Source of the DNA: Escherichia coli
GTDB taxonomy: Bacteria; Pseudomonadota; Gammaproteobacteria; Enterobacterales; Enterobacteriaceae
Assembly: GCF_036507355.1 (NCBI RefSeq)
Contig: NZ_AP027877.1
Direction: 5' to 3' (one strand)
Length of the DNA: 64,000 bases
Below are positions 46,397 to 56,657 of this stretch, piece after piece. The stretch's first letter is position 1, and each line of letters opens with the position of its first letter. A program made the position numbers and the translations under genes. Under the pieces are notes generated by a model that saw nothing but the letters and a program-made list of their open reading frames with translations, had not been told where the DNA came from and did no database searches.

Positions 46397-46728
46397 TTTG
46401 TTCTTCCCGTGATGCAGACATAATTCTATGAAAGCATAAATTAAAAACGCACAGAAGCGTAGAACGTTATGTCTGGTTTATAAAATGAACCTTCAATTTT
46501 ATTTTTTATGAAAACAGTATTTCATTTTTATGGTTTCGTTTATACCGATGGTTTATGTGGAAATTGTCGAAGAGAGCAGATTTGCGCAACGCTGGGATCA
46601 GTCTTAAAAAGTAAAAAAATATATTTGCTTGAACGATTCACCGTTTTTTTCATCCGGTTAAATATGCAAAGATAAATGCGCAGAAATGTGTTTCTCAAAC
46701 CGTTCATTTATCACAAAAGGATTGTTCG

Positions 46729-49107
46729 ATGTCCAACAATGGCTCGTCACCGCTGGTGCTTTGGTATAACCAACTCGGCATGAATGATGTAGACAGGGTT
46801 GGGGGCAAAAATGCCTCCCTGGGTGAAATGATTACTAACCTTTCCGGAATGGGTGTTTCCGTTCCGAATGGTTTCGCCACAACCGCCGACGCGTTTAACC
46901 AGTTTCTGGACCAAAGCGGCGTAAACCAGCGCATTTATGAACTGCTGGATAAAACGGATATTGACGATGTTACTCAGCTTGCGAAAGCGGGCGCGCAAAT
47001 CCGCCAGTGGATTATCGACACTCCCTTCCAGCCTGAGCTGGAAAACGCCATCCGCGAAGCCTATGCACAGCTTTCCGCCGATGACGAAAATGCCTCTTTT
47101 GCGGTGCGCTCCTCCGCCACCGCAGAAGATATGCCGGACGCTTCTTTTGCCGGTCAGCAGGAAACCTTCCTCAACGTTCAGGGTTTTGACGCCGTTCTCG
47201 TGGCAGTGAAACATGTATTTGCTTCTCTGTTTAACGATCGCGCCATCTCTTATCGTGTGCACCAGGGTTACGATCACCGTGGTGTGGCGCTCTCCGCCGG
47301 TGTTCAACGGATGGTGCGCTCTGACCTCGCATCATCTGGCGTGATGTTCTCCATTGATACCGAATCCGGCTTTGACCAGGTGGTGTTTATCACATCCGCA
47401 TGGGGCCTTGGTGAGATGGTCGTGCAGGGTGCGGTTAACCCGGATGAGTTTTACGTGCATAAACCGACACTGGCGGCGAATCGCCCGGCTATCGTGCGCC
47501 GTACCATGGGGTCGAAAAAAATCCGCATGGTTTACGCGCCGACCCAGGAGCACGGCAAGCAGGTTAAAATCGAAGACGTACCGCAGGAACAGCGTGACAT
47601 CTTCTCGCTGACCAACGAAGAAGTGCAGGAACTGGCAAAACAGGCCGTACAAATTGAGAAACACTACGGTCGCCCGATGGATATTGAGTGGGCGAAAGAT
47701 GGCCACACCGGTAAACTGTTCATTGTGCAGGCGCGTCCGGAAACCGTGCGCTCACGCGGTCAGGTCATGGAGCGTTATACGCTGCATTCACAGGGTAAGA
47801 TTATCGCCGAAGGCCGTGCTATCGGTCATCGCATCGGTGCGGGTCCGGTGAAAGTCATCCATGATATCAGCGAAATGAACCGCATCGAACCTGGTGACGT
47901 GCTGGTCACTGACATGACCGACCCGGACTGGGAACCGATCATGAAGAAAGCATCTGCCATCGTCACCAACCGTGGCGGTCGTACCTGTCACGCGGCGATC
48001 ATCGCTCGTGAACTGGGCATTCCGGCGGTAGTGGGCTGTGGTGATGCAACAGAACGGATGAAAGACGGTGAGAACGTCACTGTTTCTTGTGCCGAAGGTG
48101 ATACCGGTTACGTCTATGCGGAGTTGCTGGAATTTAGCGTGAAAAGCTCCAGTGTAGAAACGATGCCGGATCTGCCGTTGAAAGTGATGATGAACGTCGG
48201 TAACCCGGACCGAGCTTTCGACTTCGCCTGTCTGCCGAACGAAGGTGTGGGACTTGCGCGTCTGGAATTTATCATCAACCGTATGATTGGCGTCCACCCA
48301 CGCGCACTGCTTGAGTTTGACGATCAGGAACCGCAGTTGCAAAACGAAATCCGCGAGATGATGAAAGGTTTTGATTTTCCGCGTGAATTTTACGTTGGTC
48401 GTCTGACTGAAGGGATCGCGACGCTGGGTGCCGCGTTTTATCCGAAGCGCGTCATTGTCCGTCTCTCTGATTTTAAATCGAACGAATATGCCAATCTGGT
48501 CGGTGGTGAGCGTTACGAGCCAGATGAAGAGAACCCGATGCTCGGCTTCCGTGGCGCGGGACGCTATGTTTCCGACAGCTTCCGCGACTGTTTCGCGCTG
48601 GAGTGTGAAGCAGTGAAACGTGTGCGCAACGACATGGGGCTGACCAACGTTGAGATCATGATCCCGTTCGTGCGTACCGTAGATCAGGCGAAAGCGGTGG
48701 TTGAAGAACTGGCGCGTCAGGGGCTGAAACGTGGTGAGAACGGGCTGAAAATCATCATGATGTGTGAAATCCCGTCCAACGCCTTGCTGGCCGAGCAGTT
48801 CCTCGAATATTTCGACGGCTTCTCAATTGGCTCAAACGACATGACGCAGCTGGCGCTCGGTCTGGATCGTGACTCCGGCGTGGTGTCTGAACTGTTCGAT
48901 GAGCGCAACGATGCGGTGAAAGCACTGCTGTCGATGGCGATTCGTGCCGCGAAGAAACAGGGCAAATATGTCGGGATTTGCGGTCAGGGTCCGTCCGACC
49001 ACGAAGACTTTGCCGCATGGTTGATGGAAGAGGGGATCGATAGCCTGTCTCTGAATCCGGACACCGTGGTGCAAACCTGGTTAAGCCTGGCTGAACTGAA
49101 GAAATAA
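46729..49107 (+). CDS. ppsA: Phosphoenolpyruvate synthase
   Basis: 792-aa ORF; PEP-utilising enzyme motifs. Confidence 0.97.
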   Translation: MSNNGSSPLVLWYNQLGMNDVDRVGGKNASLGEMITNLSGMGVSVPNGFATTADAFNQFLDQSGVNQRIYELLDKTDIDDVTQLAKAGAQIRQWIIDTPFQPELENAIREAYAQLSADDENASFAVRSSATAEDMPDASFAGQQETFLNVQGFDAVLVAVKHVFASLFNDRAISYRVHQGYDHRGVALSAGVQRMVRSDLASSGVMFSIDTESGFDQVVFITSAWGLGEMVVQGAVNPDEFYVHKPTLAANRPAIVRRTMGSKKIRMVYAPTQEHGKQVKIEDVPQEQRDIFSLTNEEVQELAKQAVQIEKHYGRPMDIEWAKDGHTGKLFIVQARPETVRSRGQVMERYTLHSQGKIIAEGRAIGHRIGAGPVKVIHDISEMNRIEPGDVLVTDMTDPDWEPIMKKASAIVTNRGGRTCHAAIIARELGIPAVVGCGDATERMKDGENVTVSCAEGDTGYVYAELLEFSVKSSSVETMPDLPLKVMMNVGNPDRAFDFACLPNEGVGLARLEFIINRMIGVHPRALLEFDDQEPQLQNEIREMMKGFDFPREFYVGRLTEGIATLGAAFYPKRVIVRLSDFKSNEYANLVGGERYEPDEENPMLGFRGAGRYVSDSFRDCFALECEAVKRVRNDMGLTNVEIMIPFVRTVDQAKAVVEELARQGLKRGENGLKIIMMCEIPSNALLAEQFLEYFDGFSIGSNDMTQLALGLDRDSGVVSELFDERNDAVKALLSMAIRAAKKQGKYVGICGQGPSDHEDFAAWLMEEGIDSLSLNPDTVVQTWLSLAELKK

Positions 49108-49114
49108 AATAAAT

Positions 49115-49141
49115 ACCCGGCGGCGTTTTGTCGCCGGGTTT
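49115..49141. terminator. Bidirectional terminator between convergent ppsA and fadK
   Basis: acccggcg-gcgttttgt-cgccgggttt. Confidence 0.75.
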
Positions 49142-49163
49142 ATGTGATCCCCGAAGATGAAAC

Positions 49164-50810
49164 TTATTCAATCTCTTCACAGGCATCCTGAGTTAACCGC
49201 CGCATAATATCTTTTCTTAACAAAAACTTTTGTATTTTACCTGAGGCAGTGCGCGGTAGTTTTTCGATTACCACGATATGTTCAGGATATTTATATTTTG
49301 CGACCCGTTTACGGCTAAAAAAAGCCACCACCTCTTCCAGCGATAATGAATGATGCGGCGCTTTCAGCACGACATAAGCGCATGATCGTTCACCTAAACG
49401 TTCATCGGGCATTGCAACCACACAGGCATCGTGAATTTTAGGATGCTGCAATAAAATATCTTCCACTTCACGGCTGCTAATATTTTCGCCGCCGCGGACA
49501 ATAATATCTTTTTTGCGTCCGGTAATTTTTATATAGCCAGCCTCATCCATGCGGCAGAGATCGCCGCTGTAATACCAGCCTTCTTCATCCAGGGCACGGG
49601 CGGTTAATTCAGGTTCATCAAAATACCCCATAAACACATTGGGGCCACGCGAGGCTTCTTCACCTTCGCAACCTGGCGGTAAGGTCTTGCGTGCGTCATC
49701 GACCACTTTAATCTCTACACCTGCGGCAGCGTAACCATCGGTGTGCATAAAGCGCGACAAAGGATCATCGAGATTCACCACCGCATGCGGCGAACTTTCT
49801 GTGGAACCATAAACACTTAATAATTTAATGCCGCGCTGCTGGCATTCACGTGCCACTTTTTTGGGGATTGTGGTACCGCCGCAAAGAAAGAAACGCAGCG
49901 CTGAAAGGTCTGCGGGCTGTTTCTCTAGTAAATTCAAAAGATCATAGACAAACGGCGTTGCGCCGAGCATACAGGTGCAACGCTGCTGCTCAAGCAGCGC
50001 GAGACACGCATCAGGAGTGAAAATATCTAACAACACGCTGCGAGCGCCAATTAAGAATGGTGCCGTTACGCCATGCAGAAAGCCCGTTGCGTGACCAAGT
50101 GGCGCAGGCATCATAAAGACATCCTGCCAGGTCAGATTCAGCCGCGCGCAATAAGCTCGCTCACTGGCGAGAATATTGTTATGCGTTAGCATCACGCCCT
50201 TTGGCAGGCCCTCGGTTCCGGAGGTAAACAGCACCGCGGCTAATTCATCGCCGTGGGTCGTTATCGCCGTGGTCAGTGGGGTATTGTCGGCGATAATCTG
50301 ACTTAATGAGAGGGAAGAGGTGGCGGGAGCCAGTTTGTCCACGCCGACAATTTGTTGTAGTTGTGGAAGCTGATTTTGCAGCGGCAGGATTAAATCTACC
50401 GGACGCGTTTGTTTAAACAACGTCGGTGCAAAGAACATTTTTGCCTGACACTTATTGAGCACCCACACCAGTTCTGCTTCTCGCCAGGAAGGCAACAACG
50501 GCACGGAAACCGCACCGGTTTTCAGGCAGGCAAGATAGATAACAGTAAATTCACACCAGCCAGGCAGCTGAAAAGCGATGCGATCGCCCGATTCAATACC
50601 GTTAGCCAGTAACCAGCTTGCCAGACAGTTCGCGGCGTGATCGAGTGCGCTATAGGTGTACGATGCACCATGATTATCGACCACGGCAATTTTGTCAGGC
50701 ATCGCACGAGCGGTCTGCTGCCAGTAATCAGCCAGCGAAGCATCGCCCCATAACCCTTGCTGACGATACGCCGCACGACGTTGTTCGTTAAACGTTAATG
50801 TCACTTTCAT
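49164..50810 (-). CDS. fadK: Short-chain acyl-CoA synthetase
   Basis: 548-aa ORF with AMP-binding motifs (TSGTEGLPKG). Confidence 0.9.
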   Translation of the reverse strand: MKVTLTFNEQRRAAYRQQGLWGDASLADYWQQTARAMPDKIAVVDNHGASYTYSALDHAANCLASWLLANGIESGDRIAFQLPGWCEFTVIYLACLKTGAVSVPLLPSWREAELVWVLNKCQAKMFFAPTLFKQTRPVDLILPLQNQLPQLQQIVGVDKLAPATSSLSLSQIIADNTPLTTAITTHGDELAAVLFTSGTEGLPKGVMLTHNNILASERAYCARLNLTWQDVFMMPAPLGHATGFLHGVTAPFLIGARSVLLDIFTPDACLALLEQQRCTCMLGATPFVYDLLNLLEKQPADLSALRFFLCGGTTIPKKVARECQQRGIKLLSVYGSTESSPHAVVNLDDPLSRFMHTDGYAAAGVEIKVVDDARKTLPPGCEGEEASRGPNVFMGYFDEPELTARALDEEGWYYSGDLCRMDEAGYIKITGRKKDIIVRGGENISSREVEDILLQHPKIHDACVVAMPDERLGERSCAYVVLKAPHHSLSLEEVVAFFSRKRVAKYKYPEHIVVIEKLPRTASGKIQKFLLRKDIMRRLTQDACEEIE

Positions 50811-50866
50811 TTTGGACTCTCGAAACAGAACGTCAGGCCCGATGTGCGGGCCTGTGGGATGCGTGA

Positions 50867-51160
50867 TTAGCCGTAACGGAAATCAATACCGAAGGTGCCT
50901 GCGGGGTATTGCCATTGTTCGAGAATAGTGTTGCCACACAGCACCCGACAGGTGCCGCACTCCAGACAACCGGCAGAATCAAAATGAATGTTTCCTGCAT
51001 CATCCTGCTTATACAGTCCGGCAGGGCAGGCTTTCATTAATTTTTGAAATTCTTTGATGTCGGGATTTGCCGCCAGAATGATATGCGGATGGCCCTCATC
51101 AACATGGAATTTATTGACGCCTAATTTGACGTCAACGTTGACCGTAGCGTTCTGGCTCAT
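50867..51160 (-). CDS. ydiT: Ferredoxin-like protein (FixX-like)
   Basis: 97-aa ORF with Cys cluster; 4-nt overlap with ydiS. Confidence 0.88.
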   Translation of the reverse strand: MSQNATVNVDVKLGVNKFHVDEGHPHIILAANPDIKEFQKLMKACPAGLYKQDDAGNIHFDSAGCLECGTCRVLCGNTILEQWQYPAGTFGIDFRYG

Positions 51161-52446
51161 AGCGCGGTTGCTCCCTTAATGCCATCTTTCAGCAGATTGA
51201 TCAGCCCGATTTTCTTCGCATGTCCAAGAATCATTTTTCGTACCGGCTGGTTTGGTTTGCCGTCAATGGTGAACATATCGTTCATGATGTCGGCGACCAT
51301 GCGCGGATACTGACTAAACAGGCGCGGGTTTTCCATCAGCGCCGGGATCTTGCGAAAATGCTGCATATCACGCATGACGCAGCTTTGTTCCAGCTCACGT
51401 TTGTATTGCGCCAGACTGCTGGCGGAGAAATCCGCGCGTTCTTTGGCGGCGATCACCGTTGTGGCGGCAGCCTGAGCCGATGCAATGGCTAAATCCATGC
51501 CGCGGACCGTAAAACCCAAATTCAGGCAGAAGCCTGCGGCGTCACCAACGATCATCACGCCCTCGTTAACCAGTTGTGGCACCATTGCCAGACCGCCTTC
51601 CGGCACCATATGCGCGGAATATTCAAGCAGTTTGCCGCCGCTAATCAGCGGGCGAATGGCGGGGTGTTGTTTAAAATCTTCCAGCATTTGCGGCACGCTT
51701 TTTTGCGCATGGGCGATATCACCCAATCCACAAACCAGCCCCAACGATATGGAATCCTTATTGGTATAGAGGAATCCGCCACCCATCAGACCGTCAGAAG
51801 GGGAACCGGCAAACAGCCAGGCGGCACCTTCCTCGCCCGTAATATTAAAGCGATCGTTGATCTGTTCTGGTGTAAGGCCAATAACCTCTTTAACACCAAC
51901 AGCGTAATGATGCGGATCGGAAGCGGGAACCATTCCCAGCGAGCGGCCAAGCATCGAGTTAACGCCATCAGCCAGAATCACCACATTCGCTTCGAGAATA
52001 TCATCCCCAGCCTGCACGCCAGTGACCTTGTTTCCTTCACGAACCAGCGCATCGACGCGAACGCCTGGGATAAACTGCGCGCCCGCCTGCTCGGCTTGTT
52101 CCATCAACCACGGGTCCAGACGATTACGCAATACGGTATAAGATGCGTGTTGCGGAACATCTGGTTGCTCGCGGTGAAAATCGAGGGTAACGGCGCTTTC
52201 TTCGGTTAAGAAGGAGATTTTCTCGCGTGTGACCTTGCGTTCTACCGGCGCTGATACTGCAAAGCCTGGAATGATTGCTTCAAGTGTGTGGGCATAAAGA
52301 CGCCCGCCGGTCATGTTTTTACATCCGGCACTGTCGCCGCGTTCTATCACCAGGACATCCAGCCCGGCACGCGCCATGACCAGTGCGGCAACGCTACCAG
52401 CAACGCCCGCACCGACCACAATGGCATCAAATTTGTCATCCGACAT
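51157..52446 (-). CDS. ydiS: FAD-dependent ETF-quinone oxidoreductase-like protein (FixC-like)
   Basis: 429-aa ORF with N-terminal GxGxxG (VVGAGVAGS). Confidence 0.9.
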   Translation of the reverse strand: MSDDKFDAIVVGAGVAGSVAALVMARAGLDVLVIERGDSAGCKNMTGGRLYAHTLEAIIPGFAVSAPVERKVTREKISFLTEESAVTLDFHREQPDVPQHASYTVLRNRLDPWLMEQAEQAGAQFIPGVRVDALVREGNKVTGVQAGDDILEANVVILADGVNSMLGRSLGMVPASDPHHYAVGVKEVIGLTPEQINDRFNITGEEGAAWLFAGSPSDGLMGGGFLYTNKDSISLGLVCGLGDIAHAQKSVPQMLEDFKQHPAIRPLISGGKLLEYSAHMVPEGGLAMVPQLVNEGVMIVGDAAGFCLNLGFTVRGMDLAIASAQAAATTVIAAKERADFSASSLAQYKRELEQSCVMRDMQHFRKIPALMENPRLFSQYPRMVADIMNDMFTIDGKPNQPVRKMILGHAKKIGLINLLKDGIKGATAL

Positions 52447-52501
52447 GCGTTATGCTCCCTTCCCGCTGCGTTTACAGCGGGAGATGTGGTTGAAAGGGGA
52501 A

Positions 52502-53440
52502 TTAGCGGCTCAACTGGCTAATCAGGGCAGGGACGACTTTGTAGATATCGCCCACCAGACCGTAGTCGGCATAGTTGAAGATTGGCGCATTTTTATCTTT
52601 ATTGATGGCGACAATCACTTTTGCGCCGTTGCCGCCAACCATATGTTGGATCTGCCCGGAGATCCCCAGCGTCAGGTAGAGATCGGATTTCAGCAACACG
52701 CCGGAGACACCGATATAACGTTCACGCTCCATCCAGTTCTCGCCTTCGGCAATTGGACGTGAACAGCCGACTTCAGCATTCAGCACCGCCGCCAGTTCGT
52801 GGACCATTTTCAGGTCATCCTGCGCCGCCAGACCACGACCGACGCCAACCACACGTTTTGCTTTGCTCAGGTCCACGCTGCTTGCGGCTTTCGCACGGCG
52901 TTCGCGACAGAGAATTTCATGACGCGGAGCAACGTAAGGTACCGTTTCTGTCGGGCACTGATGAGAGGTATCACTGGTGCACGGTTCCTGAACACCGGGT
53001 GCAAGGGTAATGATCGCCAGCGAGCTGTTGATCTTTTCCTGAGCGAACGCTAACCCGCCATACATCCGGTGTTCGACGCAAATGTGACCATCGACAATAT
53101 CCACCGCCGTGGCATCGTTCACCAGCGCCGCATTCAGTTGCACACTTAACCGTGCTGCCAGAGCTTTACCACGTTTCGTCGCGGCCAGTAGCAACATAGC
53201 GGGGTGTTTATCTTTCAGCAGAGCAGCAATGCTTTCGGCGTAATTTTCAGTGCGTTGCAGCGCGTCGTTTTGCGCAAGAACATAAATACATTTTGGCCCA
53301 TAAGGCATAACTGCCTGCGCCTGGTCGGTATTTTGTACAATGGCATACACCTGTTGGCCCCATTGCTGAGCGCCGCCAAACAGTTCAGCATAACGTTCAG
53401 GATTATCGCTAAAGACCCAGACGCTGTTTAATTGACTCAT
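52502..53440 (-). CDS. ydiR: Electron transfer flavoprotein alpha subunit-like
   Basis: 312-aa ORF. Confidence 0.9.
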   Translation of the reverse strand: MSQLNSVWVFSDNPERYAELFGGAQQWGQQVYAIVQNTDQAQAVMPYGPKCIYVLAQNDALQRTENYAESIAALLKDKHPAMLLLAATKRGKALAARLSVQLNAALVNDATAVDIVDGHICVEHRMYGGLAFAQEKINSSLAIITLAPGVQEPCTSDTSHQCPTETVPYVAPRHEILCRERRAKAASSVDLSKAKRVVGVGRGLAAQDDLKMVHELAAVLNAEVGCSRPIAEGENWMERERYIGVSGVLLKSDLYLTLGISGQIQHMVGGNGAKVIVAINKDKNAPIFNYADYGLVGDIYKVVPALISQLSR

Positions 53441-53459
53441 CGTTTCTTCTCCGTAGGCT

Positions 53460-54224
53460 TCAGTTCAGGGCTTTCTTCAGATGTTCCGCCAGCTCGGCAA
53501 TGGCCTCCGGCGAATCGTTATCGAGAATGATGTGCTTACGTTCTGTTTGCGGCGGTACGCGAATGCCGGTCAGTTCAGCAAGTGGTGCGCTCTGGCTCCA
53601 GCCAATATCACTTGCCTGCCACTGATTTACCGGTTTTTTACCCGCGCCGAGAATGGCTTTCATCGAAGGAATGCGTGGCACGTTAATATCGGAGGTGACG
53701 CAGAGCACGGCTGGAACAGAGAGTTCAATAACTTCAACGTTATCTTCAAGCGTGCGTTCAATCACCAGTGTATTTCCCTGACGCTGAATAGCACTCACTG
53801 CATTAATCACCGGAAGTTGCAGAATTTCTCCGACCAGCAAGCCAACCTGCTGGGCATAAAGGTCGCCGGAACCTTCACCAAAGATCAGTAAATCGAAGCC
53901 GATCTTTTCAACTGCTGCCGCCAGCGCTTTTGCGGTATCGAGAGGCAGTGCATGTTCAAGTTGCGCATCCTGCACCAAATACAGGCTGTGCGGCCCGCGA
54001 GATAGCACGTCTTTGCGCACTTTCGAGTTCTGCAACAATGAGCCGCCAACGGTCAGCGCGGCTATCTCATCGTCATCTGTTGCAAGCTGGCTTGCAGCTT
54101 CAATGGCATTGAGATCGAACTGGCTGATTTTGGCGTCGGCATTGTCGAAATTCAGGGTGTATTCTGGAGTGACAACAATGTCCTGTTCTTCAGGCACCAG
54201 CTTAAAGCAGGTTATTATTTTCAT
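53460..54224 (-). CDS. ydiQ: Electron transfer flavoprotein beta subunit-like
   Basis: Start at MKIITCFKLVPEEQD (254 aa) inside the 287-aa ORF. Confidence 0.88.
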   Translation of the reverse strand: MKIITCFKLVPEEQDIVVTPEYTLNFDNADAKISQFDLNAIEAASQLATDDDEIAALTVGGSLLQNSKVRKDVLSRGPHSLYLVQDAQLEHALPLDTAKALAAAVEKIGFDLLIFGEGSGDLYAQQVGLLVGEILQLPVINAVSAIQRQGNTLVIERTLEDNVEVIELSVPAVLCVTSDINVPRIPSMKAILGAGKKPVNQWQASDIGWSQSAPLAELTGIRVPPQTERKHIILDNDSPEAIAELAEHLKKALN

Positions 54225-54538
54225 GATTTCTCCTGTGAGTCGCATACGGAACCATCTCCGATGGAAGGTAAAAATGGCCTGAAAATAGTGTGCGATAGCG
54301 GTGCGGGGTTTTCGACGGAGCAAGCTGTTTTCCTTGCCAACAATCTTGCAAAAAAATGCGATCGCTAAAACAAAAGTGCAATTTGCGGCAATATAGTTAT
54401 TCCATGACCGTACAATCTTGCATTCAGGGTAAATAATCTTGTTTAGCTCTCGCTAAACGCGGTTGTATAACCGCAATACACGCCGTATTTTATCCGGCAT
54501 ATATTGTTTTTGCTTGCTCATGGAATAGGGAGGTTGTC

Positions 54539-55450
54539 ATGTATCAACGCTGTTTTGATAATGCCAGTGAAACGCTGTTTGTCGCCGGTAAAACGCCACG
54601 GCTTTCACGTTTTGCATTTAGCGATGATCCAAAATGGGAGTCTGGACATCACGTTCATGACAATGAAACCGAGCTGATTTACGTCAAGAAAGGGGTGGCA
54701 AGGTTTACCATCGATTCTTCGTTATATGTCGCGCATGCAGATGATATAGTGGTGATAGAACGCGGCAGGCTGCATGCGGTGGCCTCTGACGTTAACGATC
54801 CGGCAACGACGTGTACCTGTGCGCTGTACGGCTTTCAGTTTCAGGGGGCTGAGGAAAATCATCTACTGCAACCGCATTCTTGTCCGGTAATTGCCGCGGG
54901 GCAGGGAAAAGAAGTCATTAAAACCTTATTTAATGAGCTAAGTGTGATTTTGCCGCAAAGTAAAAATAGCCAAACATCTTCGTTATGGGATGCATTTACC
55001 TATACATTAGCAATTCTTTACTACGAAAACTTTAAAAATGCTTATCGTTCGGAGCAGGGGTATATTAAAAAAGATGTTCTGATAAAAGATATTCTTTTCT
55101 ATCTGAATAATAATTATCGCGAAAAAATCACTTTAGAACAGTTATCGAAAAAATTTCGTGCCAGCGTCAGTTATATTTGCCATGAATTTACCAAAGAGTA
55201 TCGTATTTCCCCAATTAACTATGTTATTCAACGGCGTATGACGGAAGCAAAATGGTTACTCACTAATACTGAATTATCACAGGCAGAGATCTCCTGGCGT
55301 GTGGGTTATGAAAATGTCGATCACTTTGGCAAACTGTTTTTGCGCCATGTCGGCTGTTCACCCAGCGATTACCGCAGGCAATTTAAAAACTGTTTTGCGG
55401 AACAAGAAATCCTATCTGAATTTCCTCAACCGGTAAGTCTTGTTGGATAA
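54539..55450 (+). CDS. ydiP: AraC-family transcriptional regulator
   Basis: 303-aa ORF; C-terminal HTH with AraC-type signature; divergent from ydiQ. Confidence 0.88.
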   Translation: MYQRCFDNASETLFVAGKTPRLSRFAFSDDPKWESGHHVHDNETELIYVKKGVARFTIDSSLYVAHADDIVVIERGRLHAVASDVNDPATTCTCALYGFQFQGAEENHLLQPHSCPVIAAGQGKEVIKTLFNELSVILPQSKNSQTSSLWDAFTYTLAILYYENFKNAYRSEQGYIKKDVLIKDILFYLNNNYREKITLEQLSKKFRASVSYICHEFTKEYRISPINYVIQRRMTEAKWLLTNTELSQAEISWRVGYENVDHFGKLFLRHVGCSPSDYRRQFKNCFAEQEILSEFPQPVSLVG

Positions 55451-55492
55451 ATCTGGCGGCGCAGTTTGTTAAGAAGCTGCGCCGCCTGCAGA

Positions 55493-56644
55493 TTATTTGT
55501 TCTGATAGTCTTTCAGGATCTGCCGACCTGCTACGTAAATCATAATTTCGTCTGTACCGCCGCCGATACGTTCACAACGGACATCACGCCAGAAGCGGGA
55601 GACGCGCGCCTCATCGGTATAGCCCAGACCGCCCATGATTTGAATCGCATCATCAATGACTTCCATTGCGGTACGTGCGCAATACAGTTTTGCCAGCGCC
55701 GCGCTGGTGCGCAGTGACTGATGCTGATCGGCTTGCCATGCCACTTTCAGCACCATGTTGCGCATGTTGTCGATCTTAATCGCCATCAGCGCCAGTTTTT
55801 CCTGGATCATCTGGTTATGCCCAATGGGTTTACCAAAAGCGATACGCTGGTTGGCATAGCGAGCGGCATCTTCAAAGGCACACTCGGCAAAGCCGGTGCT
55901 GCGCGCGGCGTTGATCAGGCGCTCCATCTCAAAGTTGTACATCACATTGAGGAAACCCATTCCTTCTTCGCCCACCATGTCGCTCTCTTCAACTTCCACG
56001 TTGTCGAGATAGACTTCGCAGGTGCTGAGCATATGCCAGCCGATTTTATGCAGCGGGTTAATCTTAATGCCGGGCTTACTGGAGTCGACCCACCACAGGG
56101 TGAAGACTTTTTTGGGATCTTTCGGTTCAGGATCGCGCGCCAGCACCAGCATATACGGGTACTCTTTCGCACCGGTAATAAAGGTTTTCTGTCCGTTGAT
56201 GTAAACCTTGCCGTTTTTACGCGTGTAAGTGGTGGTGGCACTGTTGTTATCTGAGCCAGCACCTGGTTCCGTCAACGCTAGGGCATAGGCGGGGTCGCCG
56301 GTTTCCAGGGTGCTTTCTGCCGTTTTACGTAGCTGCTCTGCAGAACCGAAACGGCGCATACTGTGAATACATTGACCGTTGGTGATCAAAAATGCCGGAG
56401 CACCGCATTTTGACACTTCCATCAGCGCCAGCATCTGGGTGACGTAATCCGCAGGGATACCACCAAATTCTTCCGGCACGCCAAGCATGGAAATACCGTT
56501 ATCCGCCAGTGCCCGCATAAATTCACGCGGGTATGTCCCGTTTTGATCGCAGGTGCGGAAATACTCTTCCGGAAAGTTAGTCGTAATCAGTTCGCGAATA
56601 CTGGCCAGCAGCAGTTCTTGTTCTTCAGTTAAAGAAAAATCCAT
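55493..56644 (-). CDS. ydiO: Acyl-CoA dehydrogenase-family protein
   Basis: Start at MDFSLTEEQELLLASIREL (383 aa). Confidence 0.9.
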   Translation of the reverse strand: MDFSLTEEQELLLASIRELITTNFPEEYFRTCDQNGTYPREFMRALADNGISMLGVPEEFGGIPADYVTQMLALMEVSKCGAPAFLITNGQCIHSMRRFGSAEQLRKTAESTLETGDPAYALALTEPGAGSDNNSATTTYTRKNGKVYINGQKTFITGAKEYPYMLVLARDPEPKDPKKVFTLWWVDSSKPGIKINPLHKIGWHMLSTCEVYLDNVEVEESDMVGEEGMGFLNVMYNFEMERLINAARSTGFAECAFEDAARYANQRIAFGKPIGHNQMIQEKLALMAIKIDNMRNMVLKVAWQADQHQSLRTSAALAKLYCARTAMEVIDDAIQIMGGLGYTDEARVSRFWRDVRCERIGGGTDEIMIYVAGRQILKDYQNK

Positions 56645-56657
56645 CGTGATACTCCTG

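Noticed and set aside
47788-48342. 184-aa minus-strand ORF
   Set aside because: Antisense inside ppsA.
51574-52209. 211-aa plus-strand ORF
   Set aside because: Antisense inside ydiS.
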